DNA of 64,000 bases from a virus. This document shows, in pieces, positions 1-9,844 of the stretch; positions within the stretch are counted from its first letter, which is position 1, and each line of letters opens with the position of its first letter. A model generated the notes under the pieces. That model ran no database searches. It saw nothing but the letters and a program-made list of their open reading frames with translations, and was not told where the DNA came from. The DNA is taken from IMG/VR virus record IMGVR_UViG_3300049165_000116, positions 2,196 through 66,195 of that record, one strand, 5' to 3'. Made by a program: the position numbers and the translations under genes.

Positions 1-373
1 AGTTCCGGCCGGTCCCGAAATGCGACTTCGGCCGGGTCAGGGTGAACACCATCTCCGCCTCCAGGGCCACGGTGAGCGGCTGCCAGCCGCTCCCTCGCGC
101 ATCCAGGGAGGCGTCCACCACGGCCTGGCGCCAGGGCTTGACGCGCTTGGACGACTCCACCAACTGGATACGGCCGGTGTACTGGTTCCGCTTCGCGCTC
201 TTGCTGCCCTGCGGCGCCGGCGACCCGTAGACGGTGACCTGGAAGGCCGGGACCTCGAGGACCGGCTCCGCCGGCACCTCCTCCTCCGGCTCCACGTCGT
301 CCAGGACCGCGGCGGCCTCGTCCAGCACGGCGACGGCCGTCACCTCGTCTTCCCAGAGGGGAACCTCAGTCAC
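1..373 (-). CDS. RusA-like Holliday junction resolvase (3' end outside the window)
   Basis: Hand translation from GTG 373 gives ...FQVTVYGSPAPQGSK...ESSKRVKPWRQAV...FTLTRPKSH, typical of actinophage RusA; absent from the ORF track. Confidence 0.75.
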   Translation of the reverse strand, partial: MTEVPLWEDEVTAVAVLDEAAAVLDDVEPEEEVPAEPVLEVPAFQVTVYGSPAPQGSKSAKRNQYTGRIQLVESSKRVKPWRQAVVDASLDARGSGWQPLTVALEAEMVFTLTRPKSHFGTGRN

Positions 374-1121
374 GGCCGACCTCCTCCACGTCCGCGGCGT
401 CCAGCGCGGCCGGGGCCGGGGCGGGGGCGTCCGCCCGCCAGGTGTCCGGCAGCGGCGTGGGCCGGGCGCGGAGGCCGGTGAGGACGATGTCCTCCTGACG
501 CTCGGCGTCCACGTTGGCGGTGACGTCCAGCTCCAGGCCGGCGAGCTCGTAGGACTCCACACCGGTGACGTTCACGAGCTGGTCCAGGAGCACGGTCACG
601 GACTGGTCCGGCCGGCACACGTCGAGGCTGACCCGCGCGGTGTTCTCGTCCTCGTCCACGGAGAGCACGCGGGCGCGGACCGTGGTCCGCCGGCCGTCCC
701 GGGCGGCCAGGTAGGCCCGGCCCAGATCGGTGACGGTCAGGAGCTCTCCGCGGAGCTGGACGAACTCGCGCAGCCGGAGCGCGACCAGGAAGCCGTGGGG
801 GTCGGAGACCTCGGTCTCACCGGCGGCCAGCGCGCGGAGGATGGCCTCCAGGGGGTCCGAGAGGGGGAGCTCCACGGCCTGGACGGTGGCGGACACCATC
901 CCGGCCCGCCACGCGGCGGTGCCCGGGGTGGTGGAGGCCGAGCAGGGGCAGCCGGACACCGTGGCCCGGAGGTCGGCATGGGTGCAGCCGGCGCACTCCA
1001 GCACGGAGGCCCGGCCCCGGCGGCACAGGGCCGCCGAGCAGCACGGGCAGTACGGGCACGGCTCCTGTGCCGGCTTGAGGTATTCGGGCCCGAAGGGTTC
1101 GAGGATGGCGGGGGTTGTCAC
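366..1121 (-). CDS. Hypothetical phage protein with Cys-rich (probable Zn-binding) N-terminus
   Basis: CPYCPCC...C...CAGC...CPC cluster; overlaps neighbours in the operon. Confidence 0.7.
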   Translation of the reverse strand: MTTPAILEPFGPEYLKPAQEPCPYCPCCSAALCRRGRASVLECAGCTHADLRATVSGCPCSASTTPGTAAWRAGMVSATVQAVELPLSDPLEAILRALAAGETEVSDPHGFLVALRLREFVQLRGELLTVTDLGRAYLAARDGRRTTVRARVLSVDEDENTARVSLDVCRPDQSVTVLLDQLVNVTGVESYELAGLELDVTANVDAERQEDIVLTGLRARPTPLPDTWRADAPAPAPAALDAADVEEVGRD

Positions 1122-1504
1122 GTCTGTTCACCTGCCGTTGTGGTCTCGCAGAGGCAGCACGTACGGCTGCCGTCCCGGTGGAGGAAATGCGGGGTCCTCC
1201 GGCCCTCGGCCGGGCAGTGGTCGTAGTCGGCACGGTCAGCTGTCTTGAGCCAGACCGTGTCCGGGTCCGTACCGCCGGCCTCCGCCTGGCCCTCCTCGTC
1301 GGGGAGGGCGGAGGGCGCCGGCGGGACGTCCAGGACCACCGGGCCCGTACCGTCCGGCCCGTCGCCGGCCGCCAGGAGGGCGGGCGCCGGGGTGTGCCGT
1401 GGCTTGCGGTGGCGGCCGTGGCCGGTGAGCAGCCACCAGGCCCCGGCGGCCAGGACCGCCAGGGCGAGGAGGATGACGCCGGCGCCTATCGCGGCGCGGA
1501 TCAT
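1118..1504 (-). CDS. Small membrane-anchored protein with C-terminal Cys/His motif
   Basis: MIRAAIGAGVILLALAVLAAGAWWLL TM helix; HCPAE...PH...CCLC; ATGA overlap at 1501-1504. Confidence 0.65.
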   Translation of the reverse strand: MIRAAIGAGVILLALAVLAAGAWWLLTGHGRHRKPRHTPAPALLAAGDGPDGTGPVVLDVPPAPSALPDEEGQAEAGGTDPDTVWLKTADRADYDHCPAEGRRTPHFLHRDGSRTCCLCETTTAGEQT

Positions 1505-2244
1505 CGGGGCCCCACCGCCTCGCGGAAGGGCAGGAGCGGCCACTCCAGGCGGACGTCTCGCGCCCACGCCTCCTTACCGGGCGTACGGGCGAAGTAGTCG
1601 CGAAGAGACTCGTTCTGCTCGCGGGCCCAAGCCACTTGCTCGCGGTGGAGCTGGGCGACGGTGAGCCGGCCGAGGGCCCGGTAGCGGCGGCCCATCTTCA
1701 TGACCAGGGCGCACGCCGCGAGGGCGTCCGCCTCCGAGGAGTGCGCGGCCTCCAGCGGGACCACGTAGTGGCGGCACAGGTCCGTCAGGGTCCGCCCACC
1801 GCGCCGGTACTGCCGCACCCGCTTGTCCATCACGTACGGGTCCAGCACGGACGGAGAGACCCGGTCGAACAACGGCGTGACGCCGTACCGGCGGGCCTCC
1901 CGGTCCAACACGGTCAAGTCGTACGGGGCGTTCATGGCGACGAGCGGGCGGCCCTCCTCCACGGCGGCCGCGAGCGCCGCGGTGATCTCCTCGACCACCA
2001 CGGAGGCCGGGCGGCCCGCAGAGCGGGCCGCCTCGGTGGTGTATCCGTGAATCCGGGTGGCGTCGGCGGGGATCTCCTCCCCGCCGACGTCGGAGAGCCA
2101 GGACCGGCTGGTGACCGGCCGGCCGCCGCCGTACCCGACGACGGCGCCGGTGACGATCCGGGCCGTCTGCGGGTCAACGCTGGTGGTCTCCAGGTCGAAC
2201 CCGGTCAGGCGGTCGTACGTCCACCCGAGCTGAGACGGGCTCAT
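1501..2244 (-). CDS. DnaQ-like DEDDh 3'-5' exonuclease
   Basis: FDLETT (Exo I), MNAPYD (Exo II), AHSSEAD (Exo III). Confidence 0.9.
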   Translation of the reverse strand: MSPSQLGWTYDRLTGFDLETTSVDPQTARIVTGAVVGYGGGRPVTSRSWLSDVGGEEIPADATRIHGYTTEAARSAGRPASVVVEEITAALAAAVEEGRPLVAMNAPYDLTVLDREARRYGVTPLFDRVSPSVLDPYVMDKRVRQYRRGGRTLTDLCRHYVVPLEAAHSSEADALAACALVMKMGRRYRALGRLTVAQLHREQVAWAREQNESLRDYFARTPGKEAWARDVRLEWPLLPFREAVGPR

Positions 2245-3266
2245 GACCGCCTCCCGCCCCGGCTCTTACGGGCCGCGCGGGTGGTGCGCTTCGGCTGGGT
2301 GCGCTTGAGCCCGCGCCGCTGGCGCGGGAGAGTGGCCGGCGCCTCCTCCTGGGAGGCCTCCGCCGCGTCCCCGGCCGCGTCGGCCTCCGCCTCCAGGGCG
2401 ATCGCCTCCGGGTCGGGGGCGTGGAGGATCTGGACCCGGCCGTCCTCCCCGGCGCGGTCTGCCTCCACCAGGGCGCGGACCTCGGCGGAGACGGGGACCA
2501 CCTTCTCCAACTGGCGGGCGGCCGTCTTCCACCACATGTCATTGAAGTTGGTGTGCCAGAAGGAGTCCCGCGTCCCGGAGACCTCCGCCTCCAGGTACGC
2601 CCGGGAGTGCTCGTTTCGGATCTCCTCCGCCTGCTCCCGGTTGACGGTGACGACCTGGGAGCGGGCACCGTTCGTGAACCAGGCGAAGGCGTACGCGAAG
2701 AGGGGCGCGCCGCGGTCCGCCTCGGAGCGGGCGGGGTCGGTGCGGTGGGTGAAGTCCAGCGGGGACGGCGCGGACGGCTCCACGCTGTACTCGTCGTTCT
2801 CGTAGACCATGCCGACCCGCACGGAGGCGACCTGGCCGGAGCGGTGCATGAGCGCGATGTAGCCGCGGTATGTCGGAATGAACACGGCCCGGCCGTACTC
2901 GGCGGTGATGACCGCCTCGCGGCCGTCCGGCACCAGGCCGAACCGGGCCGCGGTCATGGTGGCCTGGAGCACGGAGGCGGGGTTGCAGGAGCGGAGCTCC
3001 GGGAGGACGGAGCGCACGGCGGCCAGGAACGGGCCGGGCTCCATGTGCTTGGGGAGGGCGTCGGTGACGTGGCCCTCGTACCGGCGGAGCCAGTCCATGA
3101 CGGCGTCCGCCGACTCCTGGACGGGGTCCGCCGCGGCGGCCTCCTCCAGGGTGGCCGGCCCCGCAGGGACGGCGGCCTCCTGTACGGAGGCCGGGGCCAG
3201 GCGCCCGCGCGTGGCGGGCGCCTGGATGTTCGCCAGGACACGGTCCCGGAGAGAGGTGAGGGCCAT
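2241..3266 (-). CDS. recT: RecT-family ssDNA annealing protein
   Basis: L..CNPASVL...AARFGLVPD, YRGYIALMHRSG, W.TNFNDMWWKTA; adjacent to YqaJ. Confidence 0.9.
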   Translation of the reverse strand: MALTSLRDRVLANIQAPATRGRLAPASVQEAAVPAGPATLEEAAAADPVQESADAVMDWLRRYEGHVTDALPKHMEPGPFLAAVRSVLPELRSCNPASVLQATMTAARFGLVPDGREAVITAEYGRAVFIPTYRGYIALMHRSGQVASVRVGMVYENDEYSVEPSAPSPLDFTHRTDPARSEADRGAPLFAYAFAWFTNGARSQVVTVNREQAEEIRNEHSRAYLEAEVSGTRDSFWHTNFNDMWWKTAARQLEKVVPVSAEVRALVEADRAGEDGRVQILHAPDPEAIALEAEADAAGDAAEASQEEAPATLPRQRRGLKRTQPKRTTRAARKSRGGRRS

Positions 3267-3269
3267 GGG

Positions 3270-4355
3270 TTACAGCTCCTTCTTCGGGACGTAGAGACGG
3301 CGGCCACGGCACGCGGCGTAAGCGGCCTCCTGCTCCGTCTTGATGCGGTCGAGGTCCAGGACCTCGACCGTCTTCGTGTACTGGGCGGCCAGGTCCGGGT
3401 ACTGCTCGCGGAAATCGGACTCGCTGAAGTTGCCGTTGGCCTTCCAGGTCCAGGCCGTGGCGGCCCCTACCCGGGCGATCTCCGCGGTGCCGGCCGTGTC
3501 CCGCATCTCGTTCTCCACGGCCGTCTTCCGCCGCGTGAGTTCCTTGATCTGCGCGTCCAGCTCGGCACGCTCCTTCCGGAGCTCCCGCGCCTTACGGAGG
3601 TCCACCTCCGCGATGGCCTCCGGCGCCACCTCGTAGAGCCGGCCGAGCAGGTCCTTGGTGGCCTCCAGGCCGTCCACCGGCGGCGGGAAACCCTCCACGA
3701 TGTGGCGCTCGTACCACTGGCCGCAGAACTCCAGGAGGTGGCCGATCATCTCCTCATCCCGGCGCACCATGTGCCACCGCAGCTTGTTGCCACCGACCAG
3801 GGCGGCCACATAGCCGACGTCGAACCCGCCCACGGCCATGCCCCAATGGCACTGGAGGGCGGGGGCGTCCGGCACGCCGTCCTCCCACTCCTCCAACTGG
3901 TATTCCGACCTGTTCTTGCACTCGACGGGCCCAGCGATGTTCCGCATGTCCGTGGCGGGGAGCTCGTCGTCCCACAGGGCGTACCGGTCGATGTTCACCA
4001 GCGCCCAGGGGTGGTCAACGTGGGCCAGGGTGCCGGGCGGTGTGGCGATGGGGGTGGCGGACCTCTTGGAGAACAGGCGGGCGATGAAGTCCTCGATCTC
4101 CCGGCCGATGTCCATGGCCTCGGTCTCCCGGGCGGCGTAGCGGCCGTGCTTCTCCTCGAACACGTGCCGCTGGCCGCGGTACTTGTCCAGGCCGACCAGG
4201 GCGGCGACGTCGGAACCGCCGATCCCGAGGCGGCGGACCGCCTCCCACTGCGCGCGGAACTCCGGGTCGTCCATGTCTCCGGCGGGGAGAACCAGGCGCG
4301 CGGTCGGGGCGACGAGTTCCCCCGGGGCCGGGGTGGTCAGGGTGGTGGTGCTCAT
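3270..4355 (-). CDS. YqaJ/lambda-exonuclease family recombination nuclease
   Basis: W..RRLGIGGSD, G...E, NIDR, VECK, LQCHW motifs. Confidence 0.9.
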   Translation of the reverse strand: MSTTTLTTPAPGELVAPTARLVLPAGDMDDPEFRAQWEAVRRLGIGGSDVAALVGLDKYRGQRHVFEEKHGRYAARETEAMDIGREIEDFIARLFSKRSATPIATPPGTLAHVDHPWALVNIDRYALWDDELPATDMRNIAGPVECKNRSEYQLEEWEDGVPDAPALQCHWGMAVGGFDVGYVAALVGGNKLRWHMVRRDEEMIGHLLEFCGQWYERHIVEGFPPPVDGLEATKDLLGRLYEVAPEAIAEVDLRKARELRKERAELDAQIKELTRRKTAVENEMRDTAGTAEIARVGAATAWTWKANGNFSESDFREQYPDLAAQYTKTVEVLDLDRIKTEQEAAYAACRGRRLYVPKKEL

Positions 4356-5176
4356 GCGGTCGCCTCCTGGCGGATGGTGCTCGCGGAGTAGCGGGAGGCG
4401 CCCTCCACGGTCAGGAAGTGCGCGGCCTGCCGCGCGGAGAGGTGGCCACGCTCGGCGGTGAGCTTCGCCTCCACGAGGCCGGCGGCCTCCTCGTGGCCGT
4501 TGAGCCGGAGGAGCGCGGCGGCCTGCTTCGCGTGCAGGCCGCGGGCCTCATCGGCGGCGTGGAGGACCAGCTCTACCGCGGCCCGGAAGACACCGGCACG
4601 GAGCGGGTCCGCCACGTGGTGGCCCCGGCCGCGGGCGGCGACCAGGGCGGCCGGGTCGATGAGGGGCGGCGTGCGGCGGGCCTCCTCCAGGACGTCCGCG
4701 TACACGTCGCCGTGTCCGCACGGGTTCACCCAGCGGTCCACCACCAGCGTGCGGGCCTGGAGCGGCATCTCCACCGGCTGGACGCGGTCCCAGCCACGCG
4801 GGCCACCGCACACCTGGCAGAACGGGAGGATGGAGACGGTGAGGACGCCGAGCTCCACCAGCTCCGTCGTCCCGATGCCAGCGGGGATACGGACCGTCAT
4901 CCGGTCCGGGATCTGGGAGTACGGGCCGCCAACCGTGGAGCGCACCCAGAGCACGGGGCCCTCCGGGGTCATGACGGCGTAGGCCTCGAACGCCCCGGCG
5001 GGCTCGTAGGACGGCATCCGCTCCGCGAGCGGGACCCGGCGGGCCGCGCTCTCCACGCTGGCAAGGGACGCGTAGACCGCGGCCCTGACCCACTGGCCCG
5101 GCTTGGAGCGCGCCTCCTCCGCCACGGCGGCGTGGGAGACACGGGTGCGGTGCGGCGATCCGACGACGGCCATCAC
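4352..5176 (-). CDS. Hypothetical phage protein
   Basis: Coupled ORF; CQVCGGPRG...W.NPCGH Zn-ribbon-like motif. Confidence 0.7.
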   Translation of the reverse strand: MMAVVGSPHRTRVSHAAVAEEARSKPGQWVRAAVYASLASVESAARRVPLAERMPSYEPAGAFEAYAVMTPEGPVLWVRSTVGGPYSQIPDRMTVRIPAGIGTTELVELGVLTVSILPFCQVCGGPRGWDRVQPVEMPLQARTLVVDRWVNPCGHGDVYADVLEEARRTPPLIDPAALVAARGRGHHVADPLRAGVFRAAVELVLHAADEARGLHAKQAAALLRLNGHEEAAGLVEAKLTAERGHLSARQAAHFLTVEGASRYSASTIRQEATA

Positions 5177-5376
5177 TCGCCTCCCCGGGTCTGGCGCGGG
5201 AAGGAGGAGAGCGCGCTACGGACGGAGCGGTTGGCCGGGTGACGGAGCTCGGCGCAGTGCCGGCAGTCCTCGCGGTGGTCCGGCTCCAGGACGGCGGTGG
5301 TTCGGCGGTACGCCACCACGGAGGCCACCAGGAGGAGGAAACAGACGGCCAGGGCGGCCAGGATCACGTCACTCAC
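5173..5376 (-). CDS. Small membrane protein
   Basis: GTG start, hydrophobic helix then CRHC...RHPA; GTGA overlap with next gene. Confidence 0.55.
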   Translation of the reverse strand: MSDVILAALAVCFLLLVASVVAYRRTTAVLEPDHREDCRHCAELRHPANRSVRSALSSFPRQTRGGE

Positions 5377-5506
5377 GGGCACCGCCGAGCGGGCCGCGGA
5401 GTGGATAAGGTGTGCGGTCAAGGTCCCTCGATTCACAGACGTTGAGGTGACTGGGTTGGCGGGGCCGGTCGGACCCGGCACGGTCCGGGCGGCCCCGTCC
5501 GCCGCT

Positions 5507-5857
5507 TCATGCGGCGCGGGAATCCCCGCCGGGGGAATCACAACTCGCCATATCCGGCGCGGTGTTGGGGCTCTCGCCCTCCGTCTCACCCTCATGGGCC
5601 GTCAGGGCCGGGGTGGTTACGCGCTTCGCCTGGAGGACGACGATCGGGCAGTTCAGCGCGGCGGCGATCAGGCGGAGTTTGGCCGGGGTCGCGTTACGGC
5701 GTCCGGACTCGATCTCGCCCATCAGTTGCTCGCTGAACCCGCACGCCTTCGCCAACTCCCTCTTTGTCAGGCCGGCGTTTTCACGGGCGTACGTCACGGC
5801 CTCCGGCTCGTGGTTCAGGGGGGCACCCTTACGGCGCCGCTTGCGCGGGTGGCTCAT
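5507..5857 (-). CDS. Cro-like XRE HTH regulator
   Basis: ARENAGLTKRELAKACGFSEQLMGEIESGRR; heads the early operon, divergent from 6017. Confidence 0.85.
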   Translation of the reverse strand: MSHPRKRRRKGAPLNHEPEAVTYARENAGLTKRELAKACGFSEQLMGEIESGRRNATPAKLRLIAAALNCPIVVLQAKRVTTPALTAHEGETEGESPNTAPDMASCDSPGGDSRAA

Positions 5858-5861
5858 GATC

Positions 5862-6012
5862 CGACGCTAGCGCGTAGCTTCGCGTAGTGCAAGAAACTAC
5901 GCACTACTGCGCGGCACTGCGCGCCCGGCGCGAAACTACGCGCTCGCGCGCCCCAAACGCGCCATGTATCCAGGGTCCGCTGGCGTAGTAGTGCGTAGTC
6001 ATGCGAAGCTGC
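5862..6012. promoter_or_regulatory. Divergent cro/cI control region with repeated GCGTAG/CTACGC operator-like half-sites
   Basis: About six GCGTAG or CTACGC copies in both orientations in 150 bp; GAAACTACGC twice. Confidence 0.6.
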
Positions 6013-6016
6013 CGCC

Positions 6017-6469
6017 ATGAATTCACGGACGCGACCTGAGCCCCCACCGGAGGCCGCGCTCATCGCCACAGCCCTCAAGAGATCCGGCCTCTCCGCCCGC
6101 AAGGCGGCACCGCTGGCGGGAATCGGTGAGGCCCGCTGGCGCCAGATCACCAGCGGCTACCAATCGGTCTCGGGCTCCCGAATCCCGGTGCGCGCACCGG
6201 ACGACACGCTTGCCCGTATGGCCGCCGTCGTCGGCGTCACCCCCGAGGAACTGCGCCAGAACGGCCGCCCGGAGGCCGCCGAGGAGCTGGAGCGGCTTAA
6301 AGCGACACCGCCCCCCCGGGCCACCGGACAGTTCTCGCCCCCGCTGGACGCCGTGACCGCCCTCCTGGCCGCCCTCACCCCCGAGGAGCAGGAGGAAGTC
6401 ATCCGCCGGCTACGCGAGCGCACCCCTACTCCGGGTGAGAGAGGGGACCAGCACCGTCAGGCCGGTTGA
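6017..6469 (+). CDS. CI-like immunity repressor (XRE HTH)
   Basis: GLSARKAAPLAGIGEARWRQITSG...TLARMAAVVGVTPEEL; divergent from cro-like gene. Confidence 0.8.
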   Translation: MNSRTRPEPPPEAALIATALKRSGLSARKAAPLAGIGEARWRQITSGYQSVSGSRIPVRAPDDTLARMAAVVGVTPEELRQNGRPEAAEELERLKATPPPRATGQFSPPLDAVTALLAALTPEEQEEVIRRLRERTPTPGERGDQHRQAG

Positions 6470-6569
6470 CTCATGTCACAGCTTGATTACAGATTCAAAT
6501 AGATCGCCAAAAGTTGCCACTTGGAAACGAACATGCACTCCACGTAACACCTGCACTTAGGGGGCCCAC

Positions 6570-7511
6570 GTGGGTGAAGTGGCAGAGTTGGTCGCAGATT
6601 TGGTCTTGGCCGGCGTGCTCGGCGCCGTCGTGCTCGCGCTGGTCTTGCTCTACCGAGCGAACCAGCGCAACCGTGCACGTATCTCCGAGCTCACCGCAGA
6701 ACTAGCAGCACAGAAGATCGCCGCCCTCACCATGGGCGGCGGCCTCACCTCCCTTCCACGGGACGACGATGAGGACCCCGACCTGGAGGCGGAGCCGGTC
6801 CGCCGGAAGCGACACCTTGCGCTCTACATGGGCGGTGGCGTCGTCGCCTTCGTCACCACGTTCGGGGACCGGGTTCGGGCAGCCGTCCGGGGGCGCCGCG
6901 TCACCGCCACCCTGACCGCCGCCACCCTTGCCGTCGCGGGCAGCGCTGCCCTGATGGTTACCTCCGGCAACGGAGCTAACGGCTCAGCCGAGGAGCGCCC
7001 CCAGGCCGCTCCTACCGCGCCCGCGAAGAAGCACGACGACCATGAGGACGAGGACGAGCCCGGCGGCCCGGTAGATGACGGCCTGGAGTCCGACGAAGAA
7101 GGGCCGGCCGAGCGCCTGAACGTGAACGGCGCCTCCCCGCTCCCCTTCCAGGCCGTGTCTCTGGAAGAGGGCGAGGCGCCGGCCGTCAGCCCGGCGTCTT
7201 CCTCCAGTTCCGCGCCCGGCAGCCCGGGAGCACCGTCCGGGCCTGGTAGCACTACCGGCCCCGACAGCACACCCGCGCCCGGCCGCACTACCGGCCCCGG
7301 CAGCCCGCCCGCGCCCGGCCGCATCCCAGGGCCGAGCACCGGCCCGACGCCGCCGGGCACCACGGCACCGGGGACGACCGCTCCGCCTACGACGGGGCCC
7401 GCTCCCAAGCCCAGCCCGACGCCTACGCCGTCGCCACCGAAGGAGGATGACGGGCTGGTCTGTGTGGACCTGCCGAAGGTCCTAGACCTCTGCCTCCTCG
7501 GCGCCGGATGA
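6570..7511 (+). CDS. Membrane protein with Pro/Thr/Gly-rich C-terminal stalk
   Basis: N-terminal TM, further hydrophobic segments, acidic then PGST-rich linker, terminal C..L...LCL. Confidence 0.75.
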   Translation: MGEVAELVADLVLAGVLGAVVLALVLLYRANQRNRARISELTAELAAQKIAALTMGGGLTSLPRDDDEDPDLEAEPVRRKRHLALYMGGGVVAFVTTFGDRVRAAVRGRRVTATLTAATLAVAGSAALMVTSGNGANGSAEERPQAAPTAPAKKHDDHEDEDEPGGPVDDGLESDEEGPAERLNVNGASPLPFQAVSLEEGEAPAVSPASSSSSAPGSPGAPSGPGSTTGPDSTPAPGRTTGPGSPPAPGRIPGPSTGPTPPGTTAPGTTAPPTTGPAPKPSPTPTPSPPKEDDGLVCVDLPKVLDLCLLGAG

Positions 7512-7589
7512 TCGGAGCGCAGGGACGTGGCGACCGCCGACAGACCCACCCCAGCGCATCCACTGACTGTCCGTGAGAGGACAGACCCA

Positions 7590-7620
7590 GGGGGCCCCGG
7601 ATCGACCGGGGCCCCCTTCT
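7590..7620 (+). terminator. Intrinsic terminator-like hairpin
   Basis: GGGGGCCCCGG-ATCGA-CCGGGGCCCCC then TTCT. Confidence 0.7.
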
Positions 7621-7766
7621 GTGTCTCCCCGTCCCCGTCAGGGCGCCTCTGTACGGGAAGTGTTCGACTCGCCCGGTTGACCAGCGCGGACGCCGCGCGT
7701 CACCCCCGGGGACCGGCCTTGACACTTCGGGCGAGCATTGGGCGAGCTAATGATCTTGAGGACATG

Positions 7767-7795
7767 GAAAAGGCCCCCTCCGGAGAGGGGGCCCT
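7767..7795 (-). terminator. Terminator downstream of the tRNA 3' half
   Basis: Minus strand AGGGCCCCCTCTCCGGAGGGGGCCTTTT. Confidence 0.7.
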
Positions 7796-7840
7796 AGCTG
7801 TTGCAGCAGGTCAAACGGGTGAACCTACGGCGTGTCCCTG

Positions 7841-7885
7841 TGGGGCGGGTGGGACTCGAACCCACGGCCGACGGATTATGAGTCC
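7841..7885 (-). tRNA. 3' half of a CAT-anticodon tRNA (Ile2 or Met); att core, not a complete gene
   Basis: GGACTCATAATCC anticodon arm, GTGGGTTCGAGTCCCAC T-arm, CCGCCCCA acceptor strand; no D-arm or 5' acceptor strand upstream. Confidence 0.85.
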
Positions 7886-8105
7886 CCTTCTAGGGACCTC
7901 AGCCTCCTGCCGCCTCGTGTCAGGCAATGTTAGCCACTGCCGGAACGTGCTGGTCACGGGCTGATTCCCGGGGAACCCGGCTCCGCGTCCGTGTCGGCTC
8001 ATGTTGCTCCGTGACACCTCATTATGGAGCGTTCGGGCGAGCATCGGGCGAGCAGAGACCCCCCGCGACCTGCGCGGATACCACCCTCCCGCGACACCCA
8101 CGACC

Positions 8106-9773
8106 CTACTCGTCCGAGCCCTCGGACGGGCCCTCCGGACCGTCCCCGGCCCCCTCCGCCGGCTCCTCCTCGGCCTCCCCAGCCGGGGCCGCGGGCGCCA
8201 TCTCCACGGGCGGGTCCAGCGGCCTCCGCGCCCGCGGCACGAGCCCGGCCGCGCGCTCCGCGATCTCCTGGTCCACCTCTTTCAGGAGCGACGTGTACGT
8301 GTCGCCAGCGAGCTGGATGGAGGAGTGCCGCAGCGTCTCCTTCACCGCGTGGAGGTCACCGCCGCCGCCGTGGATGAGGGTGGCCGCGCAGTGCCGGAGG
8401 TCCCGGAGGTTGATCGGCGGGAGGCCGGCGCGCTTGCAGATCCGGCGGAACTCGTCGGACACCTTCTCCGGGTGGAGCCAGGAGCCGTCCTCATCCACGA
8501 ACTCCTTCCCGGTCTCCTGCCAGTCCGGAGTGTCCTTCCCCTCCGCCCGCTCCTTCGCGGCCTTCGCGTTCCAGGCCTCCCGCTCAGCCGCCTTCCGCCA
8601 CCGGTGCTGACGGATCACAGCGACGTTGAGGGAGTCCAGGGCGATCGTCGCCGCGGACCCGTCCGTTTTCGGGGTGTCTTCGAAGACCTCCCAGTTGTCC
8701 ACCACGATCTCCTTCGAGATGGTGATGCACATGCCGTCCAGGTCCACGTTCCGCTCGTCCTGGCCGACGCCCTCACCCCGGCGAAGGCCGCGGAAGGCGA
8801 TGAGGTGGAAGAAGGCGTAGAGCCTGCTCTCCTCCGCGGCGTCGAGGAACTGGCCGATCTGCGTCGGGGTCCAGACCATGACGGCGCTCGGCTTCTCGCC
8901 CGTCTTCCGCCAGTGCTCCACGTGCCGGTCCGTCCACAGCACGGCCTTCGGACGCTTCCCGGACTCCAGCTCCACCCACTGGGCCGGATTGAACGTGATG
9001 TACTGCCGGCGGATCGCCGCGTTGAGCGCGGTCCGGAGCGTCGCCCGGATGCGCTGCTTCGTCGCCGGCCCCGTGATGAGCCGGTACGGCGGCATCGCCG
9101 CCAGCTTCTCCCGCTCCTTCGCCAGACGCGCCGACTCGGCGGCCGGCGGCCGGGAGTTCTTCCCCCACTTGCACCGGGCCTCCTGCTCCCGGCGCGCGGC
9201 GTTCTCCGCCTTGATGACCTCATTCTGGTCGTCGATCGCGTCGAAGAACGCCTGACACTGGGCCACGTTGAACCGGTCCAGCCGGTAGTGGCCCACGCCC
9301 GGTTTCAGGTGCACGCGGATGTGCGACCGGTAGCCGGAGGTGGTGGTCCGCTTCGTCTTCTTCGACTCCACCCACGTGTCCAGCCACTCCCCGACCGTCA
9401 TGGAGACGTCCATGGGCACGCCGCCGGCCAGACGCCGCTTCACGTCCTCCGTGCTCGGGATCGGCTCCCGGTCCCGCATCACGGCCATGAGGAGGTCCCC
9501 GACCCGGCGGCCGGCGTCCTCGTCTCCGTCCGCCAGGTCCAGGAGCGCGCGGATCTTGTCCATGTCGCCCTGGGCATCCTTCACCTGGGCGTACCCGGTG
9601 CGCCGGAACGTGCGCCGGGTCCCCTTCTCGTCCGGCGGGAGCTCCTGGCGGAGCTGATGGTTACCGTGCGCCCGCTTGCTCAACTGCGGGCACTTCGACC
9701 CAAGCCGTTTCCCGTCCTCGCCGCGGCACTCACACCGCTTCGTGATACTCCCGGCACGACGTGCTCCGGGCAT
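8106..9773 (-). CDS. int: Tyrosine integrase
   Basis: GLRRGE, LRDLRH, LRHSSI...DTY catalytic motifs; next to att core. Confidence 0.95.
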   Translation of the reverse strand: MPGARRAGSITKRCECRGEDGKRLGSKCPQLSKRAHGNHQLRQELPPDEKGTRRTFRRTGYAQVKDAQGDMDKIRALLDLADGDEDAGRRVGDLLMAVMRDREPIPSTEDVKRRLAGGVPMDVSMTVGEWLDTWVESKKTKRTTTSGYRSHIRVHLKPGVGHYRLDRFNVAQCQAFFDAIDDQNEVIKAENAARREQEARCKWGKNSRPPAAESARLAKEREKLAAMPPYRLITGPATKQRIRATLRTALNAAIRRQYITFNPAQWVELESGKRPKAVLWTDRHVEHWRKTGEKPSAVMVWTPTQIGQFLDAAEESRLYAFFHLIAFRGLRRGEGVGQDERNVDLDGMCITISKEIVVDNWEVFEDTPKTDGSAATIALDSLNVAVIRQHRWRKAAEREAWNAKAAKERAEGKDTPDWQETGKEFVDEDGSWLHPEKVSDEFRRICKRAGLPPINLRDLRHCAATLIHGGGGDLHAVKETLRHSSIQLAGDTYTSLLKEVDQEIAERAAGLVPRARRPLDPPVEMAPAAPAGEAEEEPAEGAGDGPEGPSEGSDE

Positions 9774-9844
9774 GGCTGTACCTCCGTAGGACCAGGGCGC
9801 ACCCCGCGCCCGTACGCATGGCGGGCAGTCCCCGCCGGGACGAA

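Larger units (their letters stand above)
7726..8053. other. attP-like site: tRNA-derived core flanked by arm-type repeats
   Basis: TTCGGGCGAGCAT(T/C)GGGCGAGC at 7726-7747 and 8032-8053 bracket the tRNA fragment; directly downstream of the integrase. Confidence 0.85.

Noticed and set aside
6527-6542. LexA (SOS) box upstream of the membrane protein gene
   Set aside because: Only one CGAAC half-site matches the actinobacterial consensus
7841-7920. Complete tRNA gene
   Set aside because: tRNA similarity stops at the anticodon stem; no D-arm or 5' acceptor strand, so it is treated as an att core
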